64,000 nt of DNA from assembly GCA_024679065.1 (NCBI GenBank), contig JAGIQG010000008.1, forward strand, positions 97,278,001 through 97,342,000. Direction: 5' to 3'. The notes under the pieces were generated by a model. It did not search any database. It had not been told where the DNA came from and saw only the letters and a list, made by a program, of their open reading frames with translations. Positions 37,926 to 50,750 of the stretch are shown piece by piece (the stretch's first letter is position 1; each line of letters opens with the position of its first letter). Source of the DNA: Sphyrna mokarran. Lineage: Eukaryota. The position numbers were made by a program, and so were the translations under genes.

Positions 37926-38409
37926 ACAATTTAGTTGAGGCATACATTTTTGACTGACTCTCTAAAAACTCCAGAGAGTTGGACTTTTCTCTGAACACTG
38001 ATATGAAATAGGAGAACCAAAGTATTAGGCTATTGTACAGAAAGAAAAGGAGATCATGCCCAGAAATTTCACATTCAGTTTATTCATCCCTTTTTCCAAA
38101 GTCCTTGAAAAACTCTCTGACCTGTGATGCCATTCAGTGTTTGCCATCAGTCTCTGTTGTACCCATCAATGTGACAACATCTCCAAGAGCAGGAATGACT
38201 TCTATATTGTGGCTTTACAGTAAGTAAAATGTTAGACTGCTTCGCACAGGTGTAATTATAATCAGCATAAAGAGGCTCCTTTCTGCTTGTTCCTCTATGT
38301 TCATTGGAACTTTCAAATGACAGATGATGTTTTAACAATTTCCAAGTTACTACGGTTGTTTTGCAAATCGTCTCTCACAGCACATAATCTCTCCATTTCT
38401 CCTTTCCAG

Positions 38410-38568
38410 GCTCGGGATTACAAAGTTGCTAACAACATGCGGAAAGCAAGAAAATTGGCTTCTACTGCCAGGGGGTTGAATATCGCTGCCACCTTGTTCT
38501 CCCTGATCCTGCTAGCAGCTGGTATAGCCTATTACCTGTACGTGACTGTGGCCCATTTCACCCCCTGA
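38410..38568 (+). CDS. IFITM: IFITM exon 2 (52 aa + stop)
   Basis: pyrimidine tract and ccag acceptor at 38409; ARDYKVANNMRKARKLASTARGLNI followed by a hydrophobic TM helix and TGA. Confidence 0.95.
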   Translation, partial: ARDYKVANNMRKARKLASTARGLNIAATLFSLILLAAGIAYYLYVTVAHFTP

Positions 38569-41131
38569 CCAGAGACACTTGCCAAACGCAGAAAGGGAAA
38601 TGTTTCAAAATAGAAGTCACAGATTCTGCTGCAGAACAAACTTTCTGTGACTGAGTCAACACACAAAGCAAACTGCACCCACCGTGCAAATTTACGGTGA
38701 AAATATTTTTTATACAATGGTTTTATGTTCTGTCTGTAACTCTTTTACTCTGGAGTTTGTTTTTTACTTTCTGAATACTCAATTGCAAACTATTGTCAAT
38801 ATATTCACCTAGAATTGAAAATGAATCAAAATTTTAGCCCTTAGGAAATGATGATAAATCCTGAAACTGTAAAATTGCGGATTGGTTCTAGGAAACTGGA
38901 GACTGAAGAACAAAGATTAGGGTTGAAGATTGGCAATTGGGGTAAGGGTATTAGACATTGGAGAATAGGAACTTGGGACTGGGGACTTGGGACTGCTAGC
39001 TAGAGAAAGGAATGGCAGACTGGAGGCTGAGCACAGTGTACTGGAAATTGGAGAATAGGGCTTGAAGACTGGGGTTTGGGGACTGAGAGTGGAGATTGGG
39101 GAATGGAGACAAGGCTAGGGAGAGGAATCATGGCCCCGGTGCTTCTTTGTTTCCAGCTGTCTTATTCCTGGAACCCTCCTGAAATCCAAGCCCTCAAACA
39201 TGTGTGTTACTTTCTCCCCACTTCAAGATTCATAATTAACTCACCAAAGAATTACAGAAAAGTTCTAGTAAATGTTACATCCATTGTTGACATTGAGTTA
39301 CAAATAAATCTGATATGTGCAGCATAGATTATTAATATTAAGAGTAGCAATAATAAGCAATTAATATTAAAGGTATGTTAGTTTTTGTGTGCCCTACATG
39401 GATTCCACTGTAATAATTAAACACACCAGGGGGTACAAGTTTTATCTAAACGGCATTGTGCAATATTATTACTTTGACAGCAAAATATCCCATTAGTTAT
39501 TTATAACACTGCAAAAGACAACACTGATTGCTATGACTAGTTAACATGTTTTATACATTGCATCGTACATGGTGACGGTAATTCATCAACAAAACCAGGA
39601 ACTTTGAAATAAAAATAAAAAATGCTGGAAAAATCTACGGACGGCAACAAAATTAAAGTATCAGGTTGATCACCTTCTATTAGAAAAGGAGGAAAGATTA
39701 AATAATATTCATAACATTTTAATTTATGTATATTTGACTTGCTGCTTTGTAGAGAAAGGAAAGGCTGGCTCCATCTTGCAGTTGGCACTGTTACATTGTT
39801 AGAGAATTGTAGAAGGGAGTAGGGAGAGAGGTAGGAAAGGAAGGAGCAGAGGATATGGTCCCATTCACTCAATGCTGCCTGAACTCCTTCCCTCCCTTCA
39901 GTGAGGTGATTTGCGGTTTCTTTTGCTCACTAGCTTTGTGTGACTAATGGCGTGGGTTGCATTGATTAAAGAGGGAGAGAGGGGAGCCCAGCTATCTGCC
40001 TAGGATCACTCTCTCTGACTGGAAATATTCTGGGCAATGTTGATGGGGGCGATGTCATAGGGTATAGTGCGAGGGGTTAGAAGGGAGTGTTAGAGAAGAA
40101 AGGCCTCTATCAAATCCACTGCAAAGATCCATGTCATGCCAGCTAAAGCTTCCTGTACAAAATCTCACCAGTAGGCACGATAGGTTCATTTAAAAAAAAA
40201 TCAGCTTGGGCTAAATCTATGTTTATAAATTTTAACCTATTTATTTGGCATTAAATAGATGTGAACACAGGTAAAATAAATGTTCCTACAAAGCTTGCAA
40301 AAATGTTACAAATCCCTGAAGAAAGTTTCCTATTGTGAATGTCCTTCTTTGCACTACAGAGTGGGAAATAAATGCCTCATATACACGGGAAACTTAAGAA
40401 TTTAATACAGCATTGTGTAGATTAGCAATAGTGCTCAATTTCAATTACTCACTCTGAGCTTCATCTTGTCCTAATGTGGAAACCAGAAAAACAAGTGTCA
40501 GTTCCAGATTAAAATCCCATGAAAATCAATGTTCCCCTCCGTTCAAAATAAAGTCCCATTAGGATCAGCTTTTGTCCAAAAGATAAATGCCAGAATTTTA
40601 CACCCTCTACCCCACGGGCAGGTCTGAGGCAAGGGGAGTGTGAGATTACATGGAGGGGATTCCCTCTGGGTTTTCACTTGCCCCAATCTGAGAGTGATTT
40701 TATGCTGGGGCAGGCAGGGCTAGGGAAGAGAACCTCACCCTTGCCCAAATGAAACTCTCCAGTGGCCACTTAATTGCTATTTGAAAGCCTTTTCCTGCCC
40801 AGTCTCAGGTTTTAGGCTGGTGGATAGCTCAGTGGGGAGAGGCCGGATTGAGTTAGGTCCCCAGTGGGAATGGGTGGCGCACCTGCATCAGAAGTTCTTA
40901 TTTGACAGGGGGTGCCCTCTCCTTAAAACCCTCAAGACACTGGGTTACCCATTTTGCTCACTTCCAGGCCTTCCCTACCTTAGGACATTCTGAAAGTCAG
41001 ATATAGTTGCTTGCACCACAGCTCTTCCCCTTCTGAAGCAGTGGTTGTTGTTCAGGAGCTCAGGCATCTGCTCCTCCTCCAATACCATTTTCAGGTTGCT
41101 GATGGAGAGGAGGGCTGTTGCTGCTGGGGTG

Positions 41132-41331
41132 TTGTAGAGATGCCGGCGTTGGACTGGGGTAAACACAGTAGGAAGTCTGACAACACCAGGTTTAAGTCCA
41201 ACCGATTTATTTGATAGTAAACTCACAAGCTTTCGAGGTGTTTCGACCTCTTCGTCAGGTGAATCACTATCGTCAGGTGAGTTTACTATCAAATAAATCA
41301 GTTGGACATAAACCTGGTGTGTCAAACTTCC
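41132..41331 (-). mobile_element. Penelope pLTR-only insertion with inverted arms (distinct subfamily)
   Basis: tail + pLTR on the minus strand at 41132-41264; inverted copy at 41277-41331; 13-bp duplication TGCTGCTGGGGTG at 41119-41131 and 41332-41344. Confidence 0.9.
41221..41264 (-). ncRNA. Minimal type-I hammerhead ribozyme
   Basis: reverse complement reads AUUCAC-CUGACGA-A-GAGGU-cgaaac-ACCUC-GAAA-GCU-U-GUGAGU: full core, 6-bp stem I, 5-bp stem II, palindromic AGCU stem III. Confidence 0.8.
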
Positions 41332-43326
41332 TGCTGCTGGGGTGACCACGATGGGGCACATGCTGGGCGGTGAAGCTGTGGGCTGGATGGTATCCTACGA
41401 GCTTGCTGAACATGGACAATGGACATTCAACTCGCGACCAACGCCATCCATGTCCTTAGAACGGTTGTGCTCAGACCCAATATCATATGCCGTCTTGAGG
41501 GAGCTAACTGTGTGGGGGATCCCATCTGAGTGTATCCATACTCAAACGGAATTTCACAGCCTAGAACCCCCCTTTCCGGGTTGAACACCCCACAGTTTGA
41601 GCTGTCTTGAGGAAATGCTCTCTGTGCTCTTTGCCACTGTACAGAGAGATTTCCTGTATGGGTTGCTGCCGCACACCTTCCACTATTGTGTCCTTGCCCA
41701 TCGCCCAGATATGCCTTGGCGCGCCTTGTTGCCATCCGGTGCGGAGGTCCCCTGTGGAGGTCCCTTGACGAAGGGACCCTCCCACAATATATCAGGGACC
41801 TGGGGTGGAGGCTAGTACTAGGCAACACTAAACTGCACCAGATCACAGGCTCCAAGAAACTTGCCCTTTCTACAACCTTGTTAAGACAGTGGACCATGTC
41901 CATGTTCACTGTTTTAAGTTGCACTCTCTTTTTTGTTACATGAAAATCCTTTTATTCATTTTCTATTTGCACTTCAGTTCTACGCTCCTGATCAATGAAC
42001 ACCAGGTATGGAGGGGGGGAGGGGGGGTGCGGGAAAGGCAAAGGACCTTATCATGTACCTGCTCCTGGGCCTGGCCAGACTCACCATAAACAGGTCCAGA
42101 CAGAAGGTGAGCGAGGGGGTCAATTGACCCAATTGTCTGCCCCTCTATCTCAGCTACATTCACAGCGGGGTATCCCTGGAGAGGGAGCACACTAAGTCCA
42201 TGGGCACTATCGAGGCTTTCCATGCCTGCTGGGCCCCGCAGGGACTGGGGTGTATTATTGACTCTTTTAATCTCATTTTGATTTGATTTTTTAAGTTTCC
42301 TTTATGCTTTGGTTTATTTTGTTTGGGGCGGTTCTCCATCTTTTTAAGAAGTCGCCCCTTTTACTTTGTCCCTCCATTTATTTGATTTAGTTTATTTGGA
42401 TGGCCAAAAAGATGCCCTTCCTATCTTGGCACCTGAATTCCTGACTTGCCTCCCATTCCCTGGATCTTGGCTCAGGAATCTTCTTGCACCACGTGCTATT
42501 CACGAAGAGACTGAAAGACTGCCTGCCAATCTGATTGAATGGCAAGTTCTCCAAGGTGAAACTTTCCCTGACCCAACAGTGGACAACAAAGTTCCCTTAC
42601 CTTGAGTCTTGGGACTCTGAGCATGGGGTTTAAAAAAACATTCTGGACTAGGTATAGATTTTCCAGTCAGTTGAAAGTTCAGATAGTCGCCCTTGCAGAA
42701 GTACTTGTTCATAATTTTACCTCACTTCTCTTCTTGAGGTCAAGACTCAGTGTTGACAGGAAAACATGCAGCACGGTGACATTTGTAAGCACAGTACTCA
42801 CACTTGATGGTTTATGATTTATGTACGTATCAACATGCTGCAAATACAATCAGATCACTGGATTGAATAAATAATGACCGAGAAATAGTAACAATGAAGA
42901 GGAGGAGGAGAAACGCTGGATGAATGGAGATGTGCTCTCACTGTTTAGTCTGGTCAATGACCATTTACAAAGACTCGTCTTGGTCTAGCTAGCCCCAGGA
43001 CCTGGTGATCTGTACCTTGTATATAACCCCCTCTCTCAGGCCCTGTGCAATGCCTCTGGTATACACTGTGAGGGTGATATTTGTGAGCCATGGTCCTAGG
43101 CGAGACAGTCTCAAGAAATACACAAGATCATGAGTTTTTGTGTCAGTAGACAAAGAACAGCGGTTTACATTAGCTGCTGATATAAGAACCAGGCAGATAG
43201 AGATTTACAGCTTTCTCAATTGCAAGGATGTGAAGAAGGATTTTATTATGTAGCATGTGCTGAAGACTTATGAGTGCTGTGAAAGCGATTGCTATCAATG
43301 ATTTCAAAAAGAAATTGGATAGACTT

Positions 43327-44044
43327 TAATAAGGATATTTTTCAGAATCAGTATAGAATTCTTATGGAGTTGATAAGCACTGCATATGACCATCTTAGCC
43401 TTATGCAATGCTTATTATTATTATTATTTCCTTTCTCTCTGAGAAAACACAAAATCAAGCCCTTAGAAATGCCACATTCTCTTGGTTGAGGCCTCCATCT
43501 GACATTCCTAAATCGACAGGACTGCCTCCTTATCTGAACAAGTGTCTGGTAAGGGCTAACAGATGACTCTCAGCAGGAGGTAATCTGAAGGAGGGATCAG
43601 CTAAAGTGATGGACAAGAGGGGAGTGACCACTTGTCCTGTATTTAATAACCAAAGGGTTAGAACAAGGGATTGACATGGGGTAAACTATCAGTCTCTGGA
43701 AATGACTTTATCTTCGGAGACAGGGTGGCAGTCCTGGAAGATGGAACAGTGAAGATGGAGGAGGATGGCGAACAGCGAGGGAGACTCTGGTTTCTTAACA
43801 CTTCGGTTGGAGAAAAGAATGCTGTCATCACAAGATAGAGATCAAGATATTCGGCACTATTTGTCTGTCTTCCAGGATTAATAAACCACTCTTACGTGTC
43901 ACTGCTTGTCATTGCTACCCTCATCTATTTAGCTTATGTATTATATCTAAACTGTTATTCTTAATAAACTTAAATTATCTCATAATCCTTATGAATTCTT
44001 GACCATCTATCTTGGGTAATCTATAACTTCTGAACCCTAAAACA
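43327..44044 (+). mobile_element. Candidate solo LTR inserted in a CR1 3' end
   Basis: CR1 3' sequence breaks at about 43326 and resumes at about 44056; the insert has a TATTTAA, AATAAA at 43963 and ends ..AACA; no clear TG start or TSD. Confidence 0.35.
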
Positions 44045-44723
44045 TACAGAACTCTAGAAAAATAAGCTTGCAGGACTGACTGGGGATAAAGCAGTGTAAT
44101 AGGACTGTCTGGATTGCTGTACAGAGAGCTGGCATGGATTCAGTGGGCTGAATAGCCCATTGAATGTGCCAAAATGAATACAAAACATCTAAAAGTGCTT
44201 ATGGATGTGCAATGAATGCTGGCTTTGCAATCAACACGAACATGTGAATGAATAAATGAGATCTTCCTGTCACATTCCCCAGAATGAATTGTTTTCTCAA
44301 TGTTCACAGTCACGCAAAGATATTCCATGATATGATACTTCTCCACTAAACTGCATATAGAGCAAAGGGCACCACAATTACTTGGCAGTGGTTCCATATA
44401 TGGGCATAATGCCAATCCCTGCTTGGATTTCATCCTTTGAATCAAGAGGCTTCCAGCTGTGTTTTCTTTTTGTGTATTTTTTTAATGTTCAGCCCAAACC
44501 TCCTAAAACAAATTCACCCAATCAGAAGGAAGAGGGCAGATTGTCTTTCCAAAATAATCACTTTTCCTCACGCCACTGTGCACCATTACCCTGAGGCAGG
44601 TTTAAATCCGTTGTTTTCCAGTAAGATACCGTGATGCTTTGATCCTGGCCTCCTTTTTTTTGTGACAGAATTCCTGAACTGATTTCCTTTCCAGAGACTG
44701 CCTCTCCCAGGTCACAGGCATCT

Positions 44724-45034
44724 AAGTTTAAAGTATGTTTTTTAAGTTTGTTTACTAGTCACAAGTAGGCTTACCTTAAACTGCAATGAGGTCACTGTGA
44801 AAATCCTCCAGTCACCACACTCCGATGCCTGTTTGCGTACACGGAGGGAGAATTTAGCATGGCCAATGCAAGCACCCAACATGTCTTTCAGACTGTGGGC
44901 AGAAACCAGACCATCGGGAGGAAACCCACACAGAGATGGGAAAAACGTGCAGAATCCGCACAGACAGAGACCGAAGCTGGAATTGAATCTGGTGCTGTGA
45001 GATAGCAATCCAACCACTGTGCCACCGTGCCACT
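44724..45034 (-). mobile_element. HE1-type SINE, Rex1-like tail variant
   Basis: homologous to 27743-28054. Confidence 0.9.
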
Positions 45035-45539
45035 CCATTGATTCTTTCTGGCATTTTCTAGGCCTTCTAACTACATTTTGAAGTGGTTTCTGTTGACATC
45101 AGTGTAAGCACTAGCTAGACTGATTTGTCCCCAGTCTAGAGAACTATAACCATTTGTCAGAATAAAGAGGCAATATTGCAGTGAAGACTCGCTCTTTTCA
45201 CATGTGAGTAGAGAACAGTCAGGAAGAAACAGCCATTGAGCACATTTAGACCATAAGACCACCAGATATAAGAGCAGAATTAGGCCATTTAGCCCATCAA
45301 ACCTGCTAAACCATTCAATCATAGCTGATACGTTTCTCAACCTCATTCCCCCATGTTTTCCCCCACCTTCTCACCAGTCAAAAACCTGCCTAACTCTGTC
45401 TTAAATATCCTCAATGACCTGGCTTCCACAGCATTTTGTATCAATGAATTCAATAGGTTCATCTCTCTCTGGCTAAAGAAATTCCTTCCCATCTCTGGTC
45501 TAATATTATTAATATTCTCAAACTTGGAAGTAGTAAGGG

Positions 45540-46730
45540 GAATGATGGATGGACAAGTCATGACAAGTTGGTCAGGTGGAATGCTCCTGTGCTACATGGG
45601 AAATCAGGGACACTTCCAATGTCCAGGATGAACATGTGTGCAGGAAGAGTCTCCACTTGCATGGAAATCCATGGGGCTATAGAAACAGCTGGAGTCACTC
45701 TAGAGCATCTGTTGAGGCTGTGATTTTTATAGATAGCCTGTTCAGAGAGATGGTTGTCCTCCAGGTTAAGACTGCACAGATAGAAAGGGGATGAGTAACT
45801 GCCAGATAGAGTACTGGTAGTGCAGGAGTCCCCTGTCAAATAGATATGCTGCTTTGGATACAGCTGGAGTAATGATTCTTAGGAGAAATGCAATGAAAGC
45901 CAAGCCCATGACAGCATGGGTAGCTCAACTGCACAGACAGGGAGGAAAAAGAAGCTTATAGTGAAAATCGATTCAATTGTTAAAGGAACAAAATGGATGG
46001 TATGATGCCTCCCTGGTGCTAGAATCCAGGATGTCACAGAGCAGCTGCAGAATGGAAAAGGTGGGCAAAGAGCCAGTAGTCATGGTACTCATTAGTACTA
46101 ATGATATAGGATAAAAAAAAGGGATAAAGTCTTGAAAGCTAAATATGGAATTTGGGTAATTAGTTAAGAAACAGGACCTCCAACATAGTTATTACGTACT
46201 AAAGCGGTCAGCTCATTTTAACAGCAAAGATAAAAGAATGAAAAGGTTGTCACACACAGCTACTTAACCAGTTTGTGAAGTTTTATTAAATAGATGTTCT
46301 TTGTTTGCAGTTCTAGATGGAAGAGAGAGAAAATCTCCCAAATGCCTCTGATGATGTCACCATGTAATCACGTGACGCACTGCACAGGGATTCATTGGTT
46401 ACAATATGTAACAGTGGTAATGTGAGGATTTCTCCCAGTTGCCATGCACTCGTGAGAGCAGAAGTTGGAGGATAGGTAGGATGGCTGAGTGGCTGGAAGG
46501 GTGGAGTAGAAAGATGGATTTCACATCTCTGACCTGGGGAAGATGGGACCTGTACAAACTGGAAGGGTTACACTCCAACAGAACCTGAGGCAACATCTTT
46601 GCCAGGGTGTTTGCTAGTGCTGTTGGGGATGCTTTAAACTAGTATGGTAGGGGATGGGCAGGGTTAGAGGAGATGGAAACTAGGTTGGAAACAAAAAACA
46701 GAACTAATGAAGGCAAAAGAGGAAAACATA
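45540..46730 (+). mobile_element. CR1 ORF1 relic (zinc-finger + SGNH esterase-like); similar relics at about 56900-58440
   Basis: CSCATWEIRDTSNVQDEHVCRK and decayed DSIVKG..CLPGARIQDVTEQLQ..VVMV..TNDIG. Confidence 0.75.
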
Positions 46731-47160
46731 GGAATAAAAGGGGGAAAAACACACATTGGCATTACTGTCCCATTCTGACCAGTGAGCTTGGGACATTAAT
46801 CAGAGTCGTTTGTATTCCTTGATCTTATCAGCAACCAATGCAGAGCAACATTGGACTCTGATTTGTGGAGACCCCTTAGATCTGGAAAGCAGGGTGCAAG
46901 GTCGTTGAGAGATTGGCGACTTTGGAGGAGAGAGCAGCAGTAATGAGAACTCTTAACCGTAATTTTTTTAAAACAGCAGGAGCTCAGGTTTTATAAGCAG
47001 AGCTGAGAGGGCCAAATAGCCAGACAGGCAGCTGAACCAACAGTGAGGTTGTGAGCTTACATTGGAGAGATGTGAGTTTGCAAGGGCCAAATGAGGAGGG
47101 CAGGGGCTGGCCGGCAGATGTCGGGAGTGAGCAACAGGACAACTCTCGACACCCACACTA

Positions 47161-49920
47161 TGGATAGAGCAGGGACAGGAATGATTGTTGCAGGTTCCGG
47201 GGTTCAAATGCTTCAGTCGGAGAAGAGAAGGAGGTAGAAGGGGGGGAGGAGTGCCATTATTAGTCAAAGACTGTATCACAGTGACAGAAAGGAAGTTTGA
47301 TGAGGACTTGTCTGTTGAGGTAGTATGGGCTGAGATTAGAAACAGGAAAGGAGAGGTCACCCTGTTGGGAGTCTTTTATAGACCTCCTAAAAGTTCTAGA
47401 GAGGTAGAGGAAAGGATTGCCAAGTCAATTCTGGTCAGGAGTGAAAGTAATAGGGTAATTGTTATGGGGGACTTTAACTTTACTAATATTGATTGGAATA
47501 GCTATAGCTCTAGCTCGTTAGAGGGGTCAGTTTTTGTACAAAGTGTGCAGGAAGGTTTTTTGACTCAGTATGTAGATAGGCCAACTAGAGGTGAGGCTAC
47601 ATTGGATTTGGTGCTGGGCAATGAGCCAGACCAGATGTTAGGCTTGGAAGTTGGTGAACATTTTGGTGATAGTGACTACAATTCAGTTACGTTCACCTTA
47701 GTGATGGATAGGGATAGACATGAAGCTGGGGGCAGTAGTTATAGCTGGGGGAAGGGTAATTATGAGGCCATAAGGAGGGAATTAGGGTGCATAGGTTGGA
47801 CTAGGAAACTACAGGGAATGGGAACATCCGAAATGTGGAGCTTATTCAAGGAGCAGCTACTGCGAGTCCTTGATAAGTATATCCCTGACAGGCAAGGAGG
47901 AAATGGTCGAGTAAGGGAACCATGGTGTACTAAAAAAGTTAATTCACTGGTTAAAAGGAAAAAGGAGGCTTATGCCAGGATGAGGCTTGAAGGCTCAGTT
48001 AGTGCAATGGATAGCTATAGATTAGCCAGGAAGGAGCTAAAGAGTGAGTTGAGGAGAGCTAAAAGGGGACAGGAGAAGACTTTGGCTGATAAGATCAAGG
48101 AGAATCCTAAAGCTTTCTTTAGATATGTTAAGAATAGAAGATTGGTTAGGGCAAGATTAGGGCCAGTCAGAGACAGCAGGGGGAAGTTGTGCGTGGAGCC
48201 TGAAGAGATTGGAGAGGCACTGAACAAATATTTCTCTTCGGTATTCACGCAGGGAGATGTAAATGTAGTTGTGGAGAACACTGGGATACAGGATTGCAAA
48301 CTGGAAAGTATTGAAGTAGATAAGGAGGATGTGCTAGATATTCTTGAGGGTTTGAAGTTAGATAAGTTCCCTGGGCCGGATGGGATTTACCCTAGGATTC
48401 TCTGGGAGGTGAGAGAGGCGATTGCAGAGCCTCTGGCTCTGATCTTCAGGTCGTCGTTGGTTACGGGTTTAGTGCCGGAAGACTGGAGGATAGCGAATGT
48501 GGTCCCATTGTTCAAGAAGGGAAGAGAGACTTTCTGGGGAATTATAGGCCGGTAAGTCTTACTTCTGTTGTGGGCAAAGTATTGGAGAGAATTATTAGGG
48601 ATAGGATTTATAGTTATTTAGAGAGAAAAGAATTGATTGGGGATAGTCAGCATGGTTTTGTGAAGGGTAGGTCGTGCCTTACTAACCTTATTGAGTTTTT
48701 TGAAAAAGTGACCAAAGAGCTGGATGGGGGTAAGGCAGTTGATGTGGTATATATGGACTTTAGTAAGGCGTTCAATAAGGTGCCCATGGAAGGCTTCTGC
48801 AGAAAATGCAGATGTATGGGATTGAGGGTGATTTAGCTAACTGGATTAGGAATTGGCTAGCTGATAGAAGACAGAGGGTGGTGGTTGATGGAAATTATTC
48901 ATCATGGAGTTCGGTTACAAGTGGTGTACCTCAGGGATCTGTTTTGGGGCCCCTGCTGTTTGTAATTTGTATAAATGATCTGGATGAGGGTATTGAAGGA
49001 TGGATTAGTAAATTTGCGGATGACACCAAAGTCGGAGGAGTGGTAGATAGTGAAGGGGGGTGTTATAGTTTGCAGAGAGACTTGGACAAGTTGCAGAGCT
49101 GGGCCGAGAGGTGGGAAATGGAGTTTAATGTGGAAAAGTGTGAGGTAATTCACTTTGGCAGGAATAACAAATGTGTAGAGTATAGGGCTAATGGTAGGAC
49201 TCTTAATAGTGTTGATGAACAGAGGGATCTTGGTGTATGTGTGCATAGATCCCTGAAAGTTGGCAATCAAGTCGATAAGGTTGTTAAGAAGGCATACGGA
49301 GTCTTAGCTTTTATTGGTAGGGGGATTGAATTTCGGAGCCGCAACGTCATGTTGCAACTGTACAAAACTCTAGTGCGGCCGCACTTGGAGTATTGTGTGC
49401 AGTTCTGGTCCCCACATTATAAGAAAGATGTGGAGGCATTGGAGAGGGTACAGAGGAGGTTTACCATGATGTTGCCTGGTATGGAAGGCAGGTCTTATGA
49501 AGAGAGGCTGAGGGATTTGAGGTTGTTTTCGTTAGAAAGAAGGCGGCTAAGAGGAGACCTTATTGAAACATATAAGATGATTAGAGGTTTAGATAGGGTG
49601 GACAGTGATAGCCTTTTTCCTAGGATGGAGAAAGCTAGCACGAGGGGACATAGCTTTAAATTAAGGGGTGGTGGTTATAGGACGGATGTCAGAGGTAGGT
49701 TCTTTACCCAGAGGGTGGTAAGGGTATGGAATGCCCTGCCTGCGTCAGTTGTAGATGCGCCAAGTTTGGTGGCGTTTAAGAGGTTAGTAGATAAGTTTAT
49801 GGACGAAAAGGGAATGGTTTAGGTTAGAAGGTCATTGCTTTTTCCTAATTGGTCGGCACAACATCGAAGGCCGAAGGGCCTTTCTGCGCTGTAATGTTCT
49901 ATGTTCTATGTTCTATGTTC
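47161..49920 (+). mobile_element. CR1-clade (HER1-like) LINE, 5'-truncated ORF2 (APE endonuclease + RT), young but disabled
   Basis: GVFYRPP, MGDFN, LDLVL, GPDG, VYMDFSKAF, GVPQGSVLGP and KFADD motifs; TGA at 47182 and frameshifts near 48525 and 48785; (TTCTATG)n tail; TSD CACACTA at 47154-47160 and 49920-49926. Confidence 0.97.
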
Positions 49921-50750
49921 ACACTAGGGCTGAGCACAGTATAAAAAGCAGCAAGCCAATTTCTGACCATTACCAGAGGTCCAATGAGGCCAGAGCAACC
50001 TGAGCCAGCAGTAAGTTTGTCTCATGTGTAAGGCCTGAGGAGGAAGCACAAGAGGAGCAATGGGGTGACTCAACCAGGCCAGCAGCAAGGCTGAGGGGGC
50101 TGATGGACAGCAAACTGAAGGTGAGTTAAGGCGAGAAGGCGAGGCAGGCAGTAGATAAGGCAGCTCATGAAGGAGTGAGCCTACACATTTCCCGAGGTCA
50201 TCATTGAGCACAGGTGAAGTGCAAGGGTCAAGGAAATGCCACTGGTTGTCAAGGGGAGCAGTGGGGTGACTTGACCAGCGCATAGCGGGGCTGGTGGACA
50301 ATGAGCCGATGGTAAAAGCGAAGTAAAGCCAGGAGACGCAGTAGGTGAAGCAGCCAGTGAGTAAGCCAGCATGTTTCCCACAGTCATCCTTCAGCAAAGG
50401 CAGGTGAAAGGACTGAGGAGGCAAAGGTGGTTGTCAAGGGGAGCAGCAGTTGACTCGATCTGGAATGCAGGGCTGTGGTGAGCTGGGCAATGAGCCAGAA
50501 GTTAGGTGGGGAGGCAATATATCAAAGCGGGCAACCAGTGAGCCAGCAGAACAGCAAGATCATTGAGTGAGCAGAGGCAACCTGAAATCCAGCCAGGCTA
50601 AGGAGGCCTGGCAACCAAGGGCAAAGCCGAGGCCATAACAACACCAGACAGTCAGCGAGCTCCAAGACAACTGGAGCCCGAGGGCCGAGGATGGCATATG
50701 AAGCCCACTCTTTCAGAAAATTCATTTAAAATCAAGAAAGATCAGTCAAC

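Larger units (their letters stand above)
40975..42412 (+). mobile_element. L1/Tx1-clade LINE ORF2 3' fragment (hosts the Penelope insertion at 41132)
   Basis: decayed HRPDMPWRALL, WRSL..GTLPQYIRDLGWR, LHFSSTLLI and LLGLARL..; T-rich 3' UTR; clade from recalled similarity. Confidence 0.7.
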
